The notes beneath the pieces are model-generated. The model searched no databases. It was given only the letters and a program-made list of their open reading frames with translations, and was not told where the DNA came from. Both the position numbers and the translations under genes were made by a program. Below are positions 37,497-50,001 of a DNA stretch of 64,000 nt, piece by piece (positions within the stretch are counted from its first letter, which is position 1; each line of letters starts with the position of its first letter). This DNA comes from Amphiscolops sp. MND2022. Taxonomy: Eukaryota. The DNA lies in NCBI GenBank assembly GCA_964187785.1, contig OZ076418.1, positions 14,384,001 through 14,448,000 of the forward strand, in the 5' to 3' direction.

Positions 37497-40400
37497 GGCT
37501 CAGGCTTTCATTTCTAGCATCGTTTTCAGATATTTCGGGCACGATAATATCATCCCCCCTATTTGGAGAATTTTGTGTATAGTTTTCATTCGTCAAGTTT
37601 CTTTCTGAAAAATTTTCATCGTCTTCCGGTCTATCGGCCGTATTCGGCAATGATTTTTCTTGGTTTTTTGGGGAAACGGCCGGATTCGGCCAGTCAGAAT
37701 CTTCATTTTCTGTGATTGCAGTAGATTCATTTCTTTCAGTGACGTCATCGCTTAAGTGGTCATTCCGGCTGTGCGCTGCATTGCCGTTGTTCGTTACTTC
37801 TCGCGTGATTATGTAATCCGCTTCATTCTCGGTTACGTCATTTGTATTCGTTTCTGCCGGATTCGGCCGTTCGCCATTCGGCGTGCTAGTCGGAATAGTC
37901 TCGCTTCCTCGTGTAACTAGCTGTTCGCCAAAGTCGGTTTCCCACGTTATGATATATAAATCATCTTGCGGAATGACGATTTCTTCATCTGGCTGTAACC
38001 GTTGTTCTCGGAAATTGTCTTCAAGCGGTTGATTGGGGACAAACTTCTTAAGGCAAATCCGATGTAAAATTTGAATTTTGTTTGTGTTGATGCGTCGTAC
38101 TATATAGTTTTCATTTGGCAAAACTTTTTGGACTACAAATGGTCCAACCCAACGGTAATCGCGGAAGGGAATTTTTGATCCTTGATTATCCGCTTTCGGC
38201 TGTAGGACAAAACAGTATTCGTTCTCCTTTAGTGGAGCGGCTTTTGCTTTGCGGTCATAATATTCTTTGTACTTGATATACGACTGCATATTGTTTTGCT
38301 TCGTTTTCTCAATCAGGATTTTTGTCCGGTTTTGGATTTCTTCAGCAAATTCGGTTGTGGGGTTGATCTGCTCGTTTGGATTATTTCTAAGCTTGTGATC
38401 CAGTATATTGAATGGAATTCTTCCGTGAAATACTCTCGTCGGTTCACAACCGATGCTGGCGTGATAACTAGTATTATGATTCAGTACTGCTAATGGCAAG
38501 TATTTGTGCCATTGTCGGCGATATTCCCCACATGCCATTTTGAGATTTGTTTTCAATGAGGCATGAGTTCGCTCCAATTTCCCAATTGTCTGCGGGTGTT
38601 TTGTCGTTGCACATTTGAGTGTGATGCCCGAAATCTGCGTAACCTCCGCAATAATTGTAGAAGTAAATGCAGTACCTTTATCAGTGATAAGAGTCGTTGG
38701 TAGATATGAGTGTTTAGTCATGATGTCAATGAGCGCTTTTGCTACATTGATCGCTGATGCGTCCGTAAGGGGATAGGCGAACAAATATCTGGAGAATACA
38801 TCAATTGCCGTTAGGACATTTTCATATCCTCCACTTGGGGGAAGGTTCGGCAATAGGTCGATTTGCATGGCGTCTTCAGGTCCAAGGTCCCATTCGGGCA
38901 AGTTGAGCAGTTCAGCTGTGATCGTTGCGTTAGGGACTCTTTTGTCTCTGGCACATTGTTCGCACCCTTCTACCCACTTTTTGACGTGTTTAGCCATGCT
39001 AGGGTAGTAATACTTCTGTCTAATTTCCTGCAACATTTTTGAAATCCCAGGATGTTTATGCGCTGTCCCGTGGAGAGACTTAAGCAGTTCCTGAAGTAAA
39101 TGTTGTGGGAGCAGAATTTGATGGTATTTAACGTTCCCTGTTTCATCAAAGTATTGCCTTGTCAGGATTTCGTCTTTTAGTACAATTCGTTCCAGATTAT
39201 TTGCATAGTGTCTGTATCGGGCATCCTGTTGCAGTATGTTTTCTGAATAATCTTCATGAAGGAGTTTTGCCTTCAATTGTTGTAATATTGCATCTTTGGA
39301 TTGCTCAATAATGATCTGGTTCGTTTTCCTCAATCGGACTTGTATGTCGGGGTGTTGCTTGACCTGGTTTGTTGACAGAGTTTGTATAGTAACAGTGGGC
39401 TCATCAGTTGCTGGGTTTTTCCTGATTGCTTTTTTTTGCCCAAAACTGTTCTTCTGTCTCGTCGTCGTCATTGGTGTAGAAGATTTGTTCTTCTTGTGAC
39501 ACCCCTGCGGATTGGACATTGATTTCGATTGGTAGTGTTTGTACGTCTTCACGAATTTTCATCACCAATTTGTCCTTCGGATCTGCTTCCAATCGGGACA
39601 AATAGTCGGCAGCTGTATTTTGTGCCCCTGGGATGTGCGCTATGACAAAATTGAACTGAATGACATAATCACACGCGTTCCACAGGGCTGGGGGTATTCT
39701 TTTTGTTTGGAAAAATCTCGTGACAGCTTTGTTGTCCGTAAGGATGATGACCGGTTTCGGCGCACCCCAGAAGATATGTCCGAATTCTTTGAATGCAAAA
39801 TAAATTGCAAGGAATTCCTTGGCATAAATTGACATCTTGATCTGTGCTGGGGTGAAGGTTTTTGATCCATATGCGACCGGTGCATACGATTTTCTGAGTG
39901 ACGTAAATTTCTGGCTTGGGTCGTCTTCGATTAGGACCGCGTATCCGGCTGCACCAAAACTTGCATCAGTCATTAGTGCTATTTGCTTGTTCGGAATGGG
40001 TTGCTGTAGGGCCAAGTCGCAACATTTGTCTAGTGCTCTGTTGATTTCTTCGAATTGTTGGACTAATTCTTTCGATACTAGGACCTTTTCGTCACTTTTG
40101 AGCATCTTGTAGAATGGAGCAAGGCGTTCGGAGAGTCTTGGGACATAATTCCTGTAGTAGTTTAGGAATCCCAAATATCGCTGTAAAGCCTTTTTCGACT
40201 TCGGGAATTTGGTCTTTTCCAGAAAGTTTTGCACATTCTGTTTCTGGGGTTTGACGCCTTGTGGGGTAATAGTCCGTCCGAGAAAATCACTTTCTTTTGC
40301 ACCGAAGTGACATTTGTGCATTGTTAAGTTAAGGCCTGCTTCCTGGATGCATTTGAACGTAGCTCTCAGGTTCGTCATGAGGTGGTCAACATCGTTGGCT

Positions 40401-42637
40401 GCGATGCCGATATCGTCCACATACTGGGCACACAGATCCGCTTTAATGACTTTGTTAAGGTATTCTCTCATGAAACTCGAGAATGCGGATAGTGACCGGC
40501 TAAGGCCTTGTGCTAAACGTCTGTAAGCGAATGTGCGACTGGCAAAATTGAAAGCCAACATTTCGATTGAACGTTGGTCTGCCATTGGTAGACAGTGGTA
40601 TGCCTGCGAACAGTCTAATTTGCAGAACAGTTTTTTGCCTGCCAAGTGTTGGGCAGCATCAACTAGTGTGCTGACGGGGTGATTATTGTTGATGTAATCA
40701 TCCGAGATGAGGTTGTTGATTTTTCTCAAGTCAACCAAGAGTCGGAGTTTCCCATTCGGCTTCTTTTGTGCGAATATTGGACTTGTGTATTTCGAAAATG
40801 GCAGTGTAGTTATTATGCCATATTTGTGTAACATGGCTAATTCGACTAGGATGTCCTCCTTCAGATTGATAGGAGCTGGGAGGCTTTGACTATAGGCTGG
40901 GGAATCGTCCTTAGGCGTTAGTTTCACCTTGAATTCCTCGTTCATGCCTATATCAAATCGGTGTCGTGCAAAGATGTCATGGAATTCCACTAACAATTCC
41001 TCAATTTTCTCCTTCTCTTCAGGAGTAAGGGTGGAATCCTTCCAGTCAAAGTTTTCTAAGAATTTCGCACGCGATTCTGCATCTGTAGTGGGGTCGAGTG
41101 TTTCCAGGTCTTGTAAGGCCTGTAACTCGCGTAGGATTCGTTTTCGTATAGGTGTGTGTTCCTCAGGGTTTCCAGGGTTTTCTGGAGTTGGGAACCAATA
41201 ATTTTCGGAGTTTTGTGGATTTCTATTGGTCTTGATGAGACTGCTGACATAATGGGCTGCTTGCTCCTGGTCATTCTGCAAAAGGTGCCAGGTTGATGCC
41301 GGGTCTATCGGTTTGACATACTTCATCTGTTCTGGCGTCATGACAGAGAAATTGGCAATATGTAGTCCCTTTTTGAGTTTATAAGGGTGGTCTGTGAAAT
41401 TGTTCACTGGTATCAATATATTGCCGTCATTCAGAGTGACCAAAGCTGGGCAAAATGTGATGTCGCCTTCCTCATGTAGAAGGTCGCTCGGTTGCAAAAT
41501 TCCAGTGACAGCATTCTCAGGGTAGAGTAGGGAATTGGTCCTAATTAGGACTTTATCATTTGGTGGAATTGTTATCTCAATAGGGTTGAGAATTGGTTCT
41601 AATACATTTGAATACTTATGGTCAGCCGTTTTGAGCTGCATTGAAAAGAACGGGGAATTCAGTATCCCTTGTCTCATGTCCAGCACTGTATGGTTTCTTT
41701 GAAGGAACCTTAGTCCAATGATCGGTCCTGTCAAATGTTCCATTACTATAAAGATTTCATGGAACTCAATGTCACCAACTTCGAATTTGAGCTCTATGGT
41801 ACTTTTAGGAGTTTCCAGTTGCCCATTAGCGACCATGATTTGGAAGTTCGGAGGCGGACCTTCTCGGATAACAGATTGTGGAGATAGAAGGCGGATTTTC
41901 CGGAGGTCCATTTCAGGGATTGCACTGGACAGTGCTCCAGTGTCTATTAATCCATCAATGGTCAATTCCCCAAAGTCCATTGGGAAATAAAGCATGCGTT
42001 TCTTGCATTTGAGGTTGATGTTGGCTGACAGGGGTATACAGTCTGGTTCACCTTCTCTGGTGATGAGTACGTTCTGGAATTGTTTTTCGTCTAGTAATGA
42101 TTGTAGCGTGATTTCACCACTGTTTTCAGGATTCTCGGTCCCCAGTGGGTTTGGGAACACTGGATGGTTTGTGCCATCATTCATTTGCCAGTTTTCAATT
42201 AGCGCTCGTGTTTTTTTGTTATGGGTAATTGGAGGGTTCTCGTGGATTGTTCTATTATAATAGTCAATATCGTCCAGGACATATTGAAATTGCAGTGAAT
42301 CTTGGTTGTAAAGCTCGGTGTCCCAATAGGGATCTCTGCCGTAGTCTGGATCGATGTATGTTGGATTGTAATCATCGATTAGGGGAATGGGCCTGAAGCG
42401 GGTGGTGAAGGTAGTGGTGTAATCAGGGTCCCAAACAGGAATTGGTTTCTGGAATAAATGGGTGTTATTGTAGGTGATGATGGTAGCTTTTTCCATCTGC
42501 TGCTGCCAGACAACAGAGGGATAGCCCATCAATTGCTGATTGTATTGGTGGAAGGTTTGCGTTGGAGGATCCGATCTGATGTATTGTCGGACAGATATTA
42601 ATTCGTTATATTGGAGTCGTGGCGAAGTTAGTTTTTT
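37444..42637 (-). CDS. pol: E2 Pol (protease, RT, RNase H, integrase) with one frameshift near 39430
   Basis: LIDTGA, YVDD, LMTDAS...LTDNKA, HHCC finger, QIDLLP...ITDKGTAF...KLERTH. ORFs 39404-42532 and 37444-39552 change frame at a T8 run. Confidence 0.95.
42628..42637 (-). promoter_or_regulatory. Gag-pol -1 frameshift site A AAA AAC followed by the gag stop
   Basis: Heptamer in gag frame; the -1 frame is open for 35 codons into the pol ORF at 42532. Confidence 0.82.
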
Positions 42638-43776
42638 GACTCATCATTAGGATATGAGGATTGGGAGCTCGATGATGTCGGTTTGGTCTGAGGTTTCTGA
42701 GCCTTTGGATTGGGCTTATTTTCAGTTGAGTCATCAGGTCTAGTGCGTTTGGGTTTAAGATGTGCACCAGCACCTTGCCAACATCGTTCTTCCGGGTGGT
42801 TCTTTTTGCCACAAGTGCCACACTCCGGGTATGTTTTCTTCTGCGTCGACTTGCCTTGTTGGGCATCTTTCTCTTTTTTCTTTTTCAGTTTTTCGCAGTC
42901 TTTGACCATGTGGCCTTTTTCCTTGCAGTAATTGCAAGTAATGTCTGACATTTGCCCAGTGGACAGAGGAGTTTTAGATTTTGTAGTCGAGGAGGTCATT
43001 GTGGCCATTGGTAGGTCATCTGATTCCTCAAGGGCATTGAGTTCCAACTCTCTCTCCAAATGAGCAACAATTTCATCATATGAGCCATTTTCTAATCTGG
43101 CCATGTTGACAGACCGCTTCAACTCAGGTGGCAGCTTTGCGTAGAGCAAGCTGTCAATCATTTTCTGTGCATGATCGCCAAACGCCTTCTCGGCTTCCTG
43201 GTTCAATTCTTCGAGAAAATCAGGCAGCTTCATCGTATTGGGATCGAAGACTAGACGATGCCATTTATATTTGGCAGTCGCCTGTGACTCGGGCTTGACG
43301 TATTTTCGTCTAAAGATGACTAATACGTCCTCTAGAGTTTGTCGGTTGCTTGAGCTGATATTTCTGAACGTCTGAAGAGCATTCTTCCTCAATAAAGAGT
43401 GGAAGTGATTGATGTTCATTTGCTCAGTCATTTCTGGCTGCATCTTGATCATAGTGTGAAATAGGTCTTCGAACAGTTCGAATTTCTCACTTTTGCCATC
43501 GAATGTCATCGTATTTGAGTTGACTGGGCGTATGGTGAGTTGTTGGGCTGTCGGTCTATTCTGCATTGTAGTTAAGACGTCTGCCAGTATCTTCGGATGC
43601 GTGGGTTCGAATCCCACTCCTGTCAGCATGTCGTGAACATTACGGTGGTTTTCGTCACCGTGTTCACTGTTGAGAGTAGTTTTAGCTTTCACGTTGTGCT
43701 GAACTTCGGAATAATTTTCCGGTCTCTCATCGGATCTCTCCCATCCCCTTCTAGTCTCCTGTCTTGAGCCGGCCAT
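42628..43776 (-). CDS. gag: E2 Gag (382 aa) with two CCHC knuckles; ATG inside the 5' LTR
   Basis: FELFEDLFHTMIKMQP, CNYCKEKGHMVKDC, CGTCGKKNHPEERC. Confidence 0.95.
   Translation of the reverse strand: MAGSRQETRRGWERSDERPENYSEVQHNVKAKTTLNSEHGDENHRNVHDMLTGVGFEPTHPKILADVLTTMQNRPTAQQLTIRPVNSNTMTFDGKSEKFELFEDLFHTMIKMQPEMTEQMNINHFHSLLRKNALQTFRNISSSNRQTLEDVLVIFRRKYVKPESQATAKYKWHRLVFDPNTMKLPDFLEELNQEAEKAFGDHAQKMIDSLLYAKLPPELKRSVNMARLENGSYDEIVAHLERELELNALEESDDLPMATMTSSTTKSKTPLSTGQMSDITCNYCKEKGHMVKDCEKLKKKKEKDAQQGKSTQKKTYPECGTCGKKNHPEERCWQGAGAHLKPKRTRPDDSTENKPNPKAQKPQTKPTSSSSQSSYPNDESKN
43584..43628 (-). other. E2 extended primer-binding site: 45-nt complement of a tRNA-Leu 3' half
   Basis: + strand reads CCAGT ATCTTCGGAT GCGTGGGTTCGAATCCCAC TCCTGTCA GCA = long variable arm, T arm, acceptor strand and CCA with one mismatch. 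Confidence 0.85.
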
Positions 43777-43876
43777 AATAACGTCCTCTAATATATTGGT
43801 AGAGTTCCGGCCGCTATTTCCTGTCCTTCTGCGGTAGTAGTGATCCTTGTACCATCACAGGCGGCAGCCTGCGACA
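43629..43876 (-). repeat. E2 5' LTR (248 bp)
   Basis: Direct repeat of 31295-31542; PBS on the inner side and TSD on the outer side. Confidence 0.97.
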
Positions 43877-43929
43877 GCACCCTACATTGACCATTTTTCC
43901 ACAACACTGGAAAAGTAGCATTTCGTCCA

Positions 43930-44130
43930 TTGGTCCCACCTGAGATTACTGAAACATTATTCAAGACATGGCATTACGACCGCATGCATGGACACGCTGG
44001 TGCTTTAAAAATATTAACTGAACTCCGTAAAAAGTTTTCCACCCCTAGCTTAGCCATAGATGTTCATTTTGTTACTAACTGCCAAACATGTCTCAAAGCA
44101 AAACCTGATAAAATATTCCACGGGTACAAA
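43930..44130 (+). pseudogene. Integrase HHCC zinc-binding fragment of an older retroelement (copy A)
   Basis: VPPEITETLFKTWH...HGHAG..K...LRKKF...DVHFVTNCQTCLKAK. Confidence 0.75.
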
Positions 44131-44515
44131 AATTATCATAGAAAGAACGGTTTTAAAAACACCACAACGTTTTCAAATAGCAAAAATTACACCGATGCCT
44201 GGCCTCAAATACTTATAAATAATTATTTAACTTTGAAAAGCATCCATTTTCCTAACTTCGATAATAAGACAGATGTCACGTCGTTTCGAAGTCAAGACTT
44301 CATTATTAGTTTGCTGACATTTGGAGATAACATCATTAGTATTTAATCTCATTGGTGTCACTTTAGAATCTCATTACTGTCACTTTGGAATAATTAGAAC
44401 TATATTTAATCCCTGTAATCATTGATAGAATTGCTGATGATATATACGCAGAAGAAAGAGAAATTGGATTCGGATCTTTTGAATAGTCTTCTTTGAAGAG
44501 AAACTAGAAAAACCT

Positions 44516-46231
44516 TGTTACGACTTGCGTTCGTGTCGTTGTTTTGGGTAGAATTAATTCTAACTGATTTTGTAGGAGTGTAGAAACTCCTCGTTCCATT
44601 CTCTGTTTCTTCTTCGAAATTTTCTCTTACGTTCTCTCATGTTTCATGTTTGAGAAGTCTTAGCGTTTCTCTTTGAGACTCTACAAGGAGATTCTTAATC
44701 TCAGAAGAAATTTCCTCTTTCAAAGAAGCTCTTAGGTTTTCTAAGAGGCTACCTTCAATTCTGGGTGATTTCGGTTTAGATGGTCCCGCCACACTCGAGT
44801 CTTGACACGAAGGACAAGAGTTTTCCAGTATAACTGGTGAAACAAAACCTTCATTTACGCTTTCAATAGCGTCTTGCAGGTTGTTTCTTCTCTTTTGGCT
44901 CCTTGTGTTAGACATTTTGATGGAGAAACATTTGGTTCGAATGAATTCAATTTATCATCTGAGTATTTTTCAACAAAGTTGAAGAGTACTGAATTGAGGA
45001 AAATGAGAAAGTTATAAAGTAACTGATTTTCACAATTGGAAAAGACTGAGTCCCTTAATCAACAAAATGCTTCATATTTATACCCTCCTAGCATCATTTG
45101 ATCACGAGTAAAATCCTTAATTCCCTCGAACATATAATCAATTCATGTTTTTTGGTAAAAAAAGACATTATGATCCCAAATTCGCGTCGACATTCCGTCA
45201 AATTTTGGGACACGGCAATTTTTACCTAGTATTAATCATCAACCATGATCATATCATTTCATCCCGGCGTCCTTTTGCTTCCTCCCAAGCAGGAAGTAGA
45301 CATTACTTCAGTCTGTCAAACCGGAAATAGTTCCCTGTTTTACTGCTTTGGTTCGTAGGAAAATTGACGCTGAGATGACACTGACGTGAAGAACTAATAC
45401 CTGATATTGAATTTCAGCTTGAAGAAAAATGTGACTACTTTTCAAACTTTGATTATTTAAGCGATGCTGGGACAATATTTTTAACGGATTTGGACTCACT
45501 CCTGGCGTTGGAAACAAAATCAAATTCGCAATCTCGAATACATAGATTACCAACAGTCTTGGCTTGACGCGACAAGTGCGACAAGTTTACAAAATAACTT
45601 CAACAGTAACAAGGCACTTCAAGTGTAACGTTATGATATTAATGCACTTCAGTGTTAATAATCATATTTATGAAATAGCCCTTAATGTCATACAAAAATG
45701 AGCTGGTACAAATTAACAAATAGCAAATCTAAATTTGACAACGCCGTTGATGTGCAAAAATATTTCATGTAAAAAAACGTAGCTGCTTATTTAGCAACAA
45801 GAATATAAACTGTGACTCTCATTTCCAGAAAATGCCAAAAAGTCTCATTTAAATCGCTTCCTATTGTAATTTCAGGTGAACAACCATTTGGTTGACGAAA
45901 AGTGGACGGAATTTGCTCAATCTTACTCCTTTTAATTGAAACTGTAATCAGAACAAACGTTTCCTTCATATTAATCTCGTTAAAATGGGTGTTCATTTTA
46001 CCATCCTGGAAAAGTTAAAGCAGCTTATTTTGATAGATTTTTGACGTTATATTAGCGTATTTTCCTTAACTTAACTGAGCGAGTTTATCTAAATAATTTA
46101 ATTTCATAATTTTGTCAATGTCATGTTGACGAGTTGTCGTGGCAGAACTGAGATTTTGACTAGTTTGACGCAATGCTGACGAGTATTTTATAAATGAGTT
46201 TCTAACTAGCTGCCGGAGTCGTGACGTCACA
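44516..46231 (-). repeat. ~1.7-kb LTR remnant related to E0, encoding a Gag-like N-terminal peptide (copy A)
   Basis: Ends ...GTCGTAACA as in E0 but without a PBS; starts TGTGACGTC; LRASLKEEISSEIKNLLVESQRE resembles E0 IKASLRKEILSDLSKILAENQKE. No matching TSD. Confidence 0.6.
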
Positions 46232-46932
46232 CTGGCGGTAAATTGTAATGATTTCTAGTGAAGCCGTTAATATAGGCGGATAATCGGAGTGGTTTCTGGT
46301 ATGCATGGACGACGAGGCAGTGACGTCAATTGGTATACCTTCAGAACTTGTCTGCGTCTCACTGACGACAAATATACCTGTATTCTTATTTCTTCTGCCG
46401 CCTTGTTTACTTGATGCAATATTGTCGTCCCCAACCACACTAATTGCCGTTCGAAGTGCTATTAAGCTGTCTTTCTTAGAAAAGGCTCAATTTCCTCTGC
46501 GTGCTATCTCAATGTATTTTCTATTTTAGTTCTGATTGATGTTCTTTTTGGAGACGAATTTGAATATGTTTTAATTTAGAACAATTTTGAGAATCTCGCA
46601 CCGAACATCCTTTTGTTGTTAAATTGTGTTTCTGGCCACCAGTCTTAATCGTCTAATTCGTCAAACTTTCAGAGATTATTAGCAAAGCTGCAGGGTCAAA
46701 TATTAAATCAGGTCTGACCTTCGGTGATTTGGAGATAGCTAGGAGGTCTCAGGCAGTGAACATTGACATACAACTTATGATAAGGTTTGAATATGAAACG
46801 AATCGCTGCAGCTCACCAAAAATGTTCCAGAATTTTCTTTAGAAGCTACTCGAAATGCAGAAACGGATAACTGTAAACAGCACCCTTCATTGACCATTTT
46901 TCCACAACACTGGAAAAGTAGCATTTCGTACA

Positions 46933-47130
46933 TTGGTCCCACCTGAGATTACTGAAACATTATTCAAGACATGGCATTACGACCGCATGCATGGACACGC
47001 TGGTGCTTTGAAAATATTAACTGAACTCCGTAAAAAGTTTTCCACCTCTAGCTTAGCTATAGAAGTACATTTTGTTACTAACTGCCAAACATGTCTCAAA
47101 GCAAAACCTGATAAAATAATCCACGGGTAC
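46933..47130 (+). pseudogene. Integrase HHCC fragment (copy B)
   Basis: Duplicate of 43930-44130. Confidence 0.75.
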
Positions 47131-47617
47131 AGAAATTATCATAGAAAGAACGGTTTTAAAAACACCACAACGTTTTCAAATACCAAAAATTACACCGATG
47201 CAGGACCGTTAGCAACGTTCACTAAATTGGATGGTTGAAAATAGCGGACAGCGATCAAGGGGAAATATCCTACAATTTCCGCTGTATGATGCCATGATAA
47301 CTGGCCTCAAATACTTACAAATAATTATTTAACTTTGAAAAGCACCCATTTTTCTAACTTCGATAATAAGACAGATGTCACGTCGTTTCGAAGTTAAGAC
47401 TTCATTAATGGTTTGCTGACATTTGGAGATAACATCATTAGTATTTAATCTTATTGGTGTCACTTTAGAATCTCATCACTGTCACTTTGGAATAATTAGA
47501 ACTATATTTAATCCCTGTAATCATTGATAGAATTGCTGATGATATATACCCAGAAGAAAGAGAAATTGGATTCGGATCTTTTGAATAGTCTTCTTTGAAG
47601 AGAAACTAGAAAAACCT

Positions 47618-49319
47618 TGTTACGACTTGCGTTCGTGTCGTTGTTTTGGGTAGAATTAATTCTAACTGATTTTGTAGGAGTGTAGAAACCCCTCGTTTCA
47701 TTCTCTGTTTCTTCTTCGACATTTTCTCTTACGTTCTCTCATATTTCATGTTTGAGAAGTCTTAGCGTTTCTCTTTGAGACTCTACAAGGAGATTCTTAA
47801 TCTCAGAAGTAATTTCCTCTTTCAAAGAAGCTCTTAGGTTTTCTAAGAGGCTACCTTCAATTCTGGGTGATTTCGGTTTAGATGGTCCCGCCACACTCGA
47901 GTCTTGACACGAAGGACAAGAGTTTTCCAGTATAACTGGTGAAACAAAACCTTCACTTACGCTTTCAATAGCGTCTTGCTGGTTGTTTCTTCTCTTTTGG
48001 CTCCTTGTGTTAGACATTTTGATGGAGAAACATTTGGTTCGAATGAATTCAATTTATCATCTGCGTATTTTTCAACAAAGTTGAAGAGTACTGAATTGAG
48101 GAAAATGAACAAGTTATGGAGTAACTGATTTTCACAATAGGAAAAGACTGAGTCCCTTAATCAACAAAATGCTTCATATTTTTTTTCCTCCTAGCATCAA
48201 TTGATCACGAGTAAAATTCCTAAATTCCCTCAAACAATTAGTCATTTCCTGTTTTTTGGTAAAAAAATCATTATGATCCCAAATTCGCGTCGACATTTCG
48301 TCAAATGTTGAGACACGGCAATTTTTACCTAGTATTAATCATCAACCATGGAATGATCAAATCATTTCATTCCGGCGTCCTTTTGCTTCCTCCCAAGCAG
48401 GAAGTAGATATTATTTCAGTCTGTCAAACCGGAAATAGTTCCCTGTTTTACTGCTTTGGTTCGTAGGAAAATTGACGCTGAGATGACGCTGACGTGAACA
48501 ACTAATACCTGATTTTGAATTTCAACTTGAAGAAAAATATGACTAATTTTCAAACGATGATTATTTGAACGATGCTAGGACAATGTTTCTATTGGATTTG
48601 GACTTACTCCTTGCGTTGGAAATAGAATCAAATTCGCAATCTCGAATACATAGATTACCAACAATCTTGGCTTGACGCGACAAGTGCGACAAGTTCACAA
48701 AATAACTTCAACAGTAACAAGGCACTTCAAGTGTAACGTAATGATATTAATGCACTTCAGTGTTAATAATCATATTTATGAAATAGCCCTCAATGTCATA
48801 CAAAAATGAGCTGGTACAAATTAACAAATAGCAAATCTAAATTCGACAACGCCGTTGATGTGCAAAAATATTTCATGTAATAAAACGTAGCTGCTAATTT
48901 AGCAACAAGAATATAATCTGTGACTCTCATTACCAGAAAATACCGAAAAGTCTCCTTTAAATCGCTTCCTATTGTAATTTCAGGTGAACAACCATTTGGT
49001 TGACGAAAAGTGGACGGAATTTGCTCAATCTTACTCCTTTTAATTGAAACTGTAATCAGAACAAACGTTTCCTTCATATTAATCTCGTTAAAATGGGTGT
49101 TCATTTTACTATCCTGGAAAAGTTAAAGCAGCTTATTTTGATAGATTTTTGACGTTATATTAGCGTATTTTCCTTAACTTAACTGAGCGAGTTTATCTAA
49201 ATCATTTAATTTCATAAACTTGTCAACGTCATGAACTGAGATTTTCACTAGTTTGACGCAATGCTGACGAGTACTTTATAAATGAGTTTCTAACTAGCTG
49301 CCGGAGTCGTGACGTTACA
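47618..49319 (-). repeat. ~1.7-kb LTR remnant (copy B)
   Basis: Duplicate of 44516-46231; termini TGTAACGTC...GTCGTAACA. Confidence 0.6.
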
Positions 49320-50001
49320 CTGGCGGTGAATTGGAATGATTTCTAGTAAGGCCGCTAATATAGGCGGATAATCGGAATGGTTTTTTGGTATGCGTGGACG
49401 AGCCAGTGACGTCAATTGGTATACCTTCACTTACTGACGTCGTCTTACTGACGACAAATATACATGTATTCTTATTTCTTCTGCCGCTTTGTTAACTTGA
49501 CGCAATATTGTTGTCCTAAACCACACTAGTTGCCATTCAAAGTGCTACTAAGCTGTCTTTCATAGTAAAGGCTAAATTTCCTCGGCGTGCTATCTCAATG
49601 TATTTTCTATTTAAGATTTTGATTGATGTTCTTTTTGGAGACGATTTTGAACATTTTCTAATATAGAACAATTTACGATTTCTTTGTTCTAAGGCAAGTT
49701 TTAATTTAGTTTTCAGGTGGCAAATGTTTCTATTTTGACGTGGCAAACTCGTCTTACCGGAAATGCGTGAAAAATCATTTTAGTTCATTTTTTTCTATTT
49801 TCATTCCCATTTGAGATTTGCGCACTACAGACGTGTATTTTGCATTCTTTAGTCACAGTTTTTTTTGGTGTTAAGTTTAGAGTTTGAGTTAATATCCAAA
49901 ATACCTTTTCGTGAGTTTCGCTGTACAGCTGTGCCCACGCCTATATCCGACTCTCATGCATCCGCAATCCAGTTCGGGAACGGACTGTGACAGGGCAACT
50001 G

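Larger units (their letters stand above)
31295..43876 (-). mobile_element. E2: complete 12.6-kb Ty3/Gypsy LTR retrotransposon with antisense cargo gene; young insertion
   Basis: 248-bp LTRs TGTCGCAGG...CACGACA differing at 2 positions; TSD GCACC at 31290-31294 and 43877-43881; empty site in the duplicated copy. Confidence 0.98.
30992..49670. repeat. ~3-kb tandem duplication: copy A = 30992-31294 + 43877-46584 (split by E2), copy B = ~46585-49670
   Basis: Colinear similarity throughout, e.g. MSNTRSQKRRNN ORFs at 44637 and 47739; empty E2 site ...AAACAGCACCCTTCATTGACC at 46875-46895. Confidence 0.92.

Noticed and set aside
43561-43628. Functional tRNA-Leu gene
   Set aside because: No 5' acceptor strand or anticodon loop; it abuts the LTR as a PBS and lies within gag.
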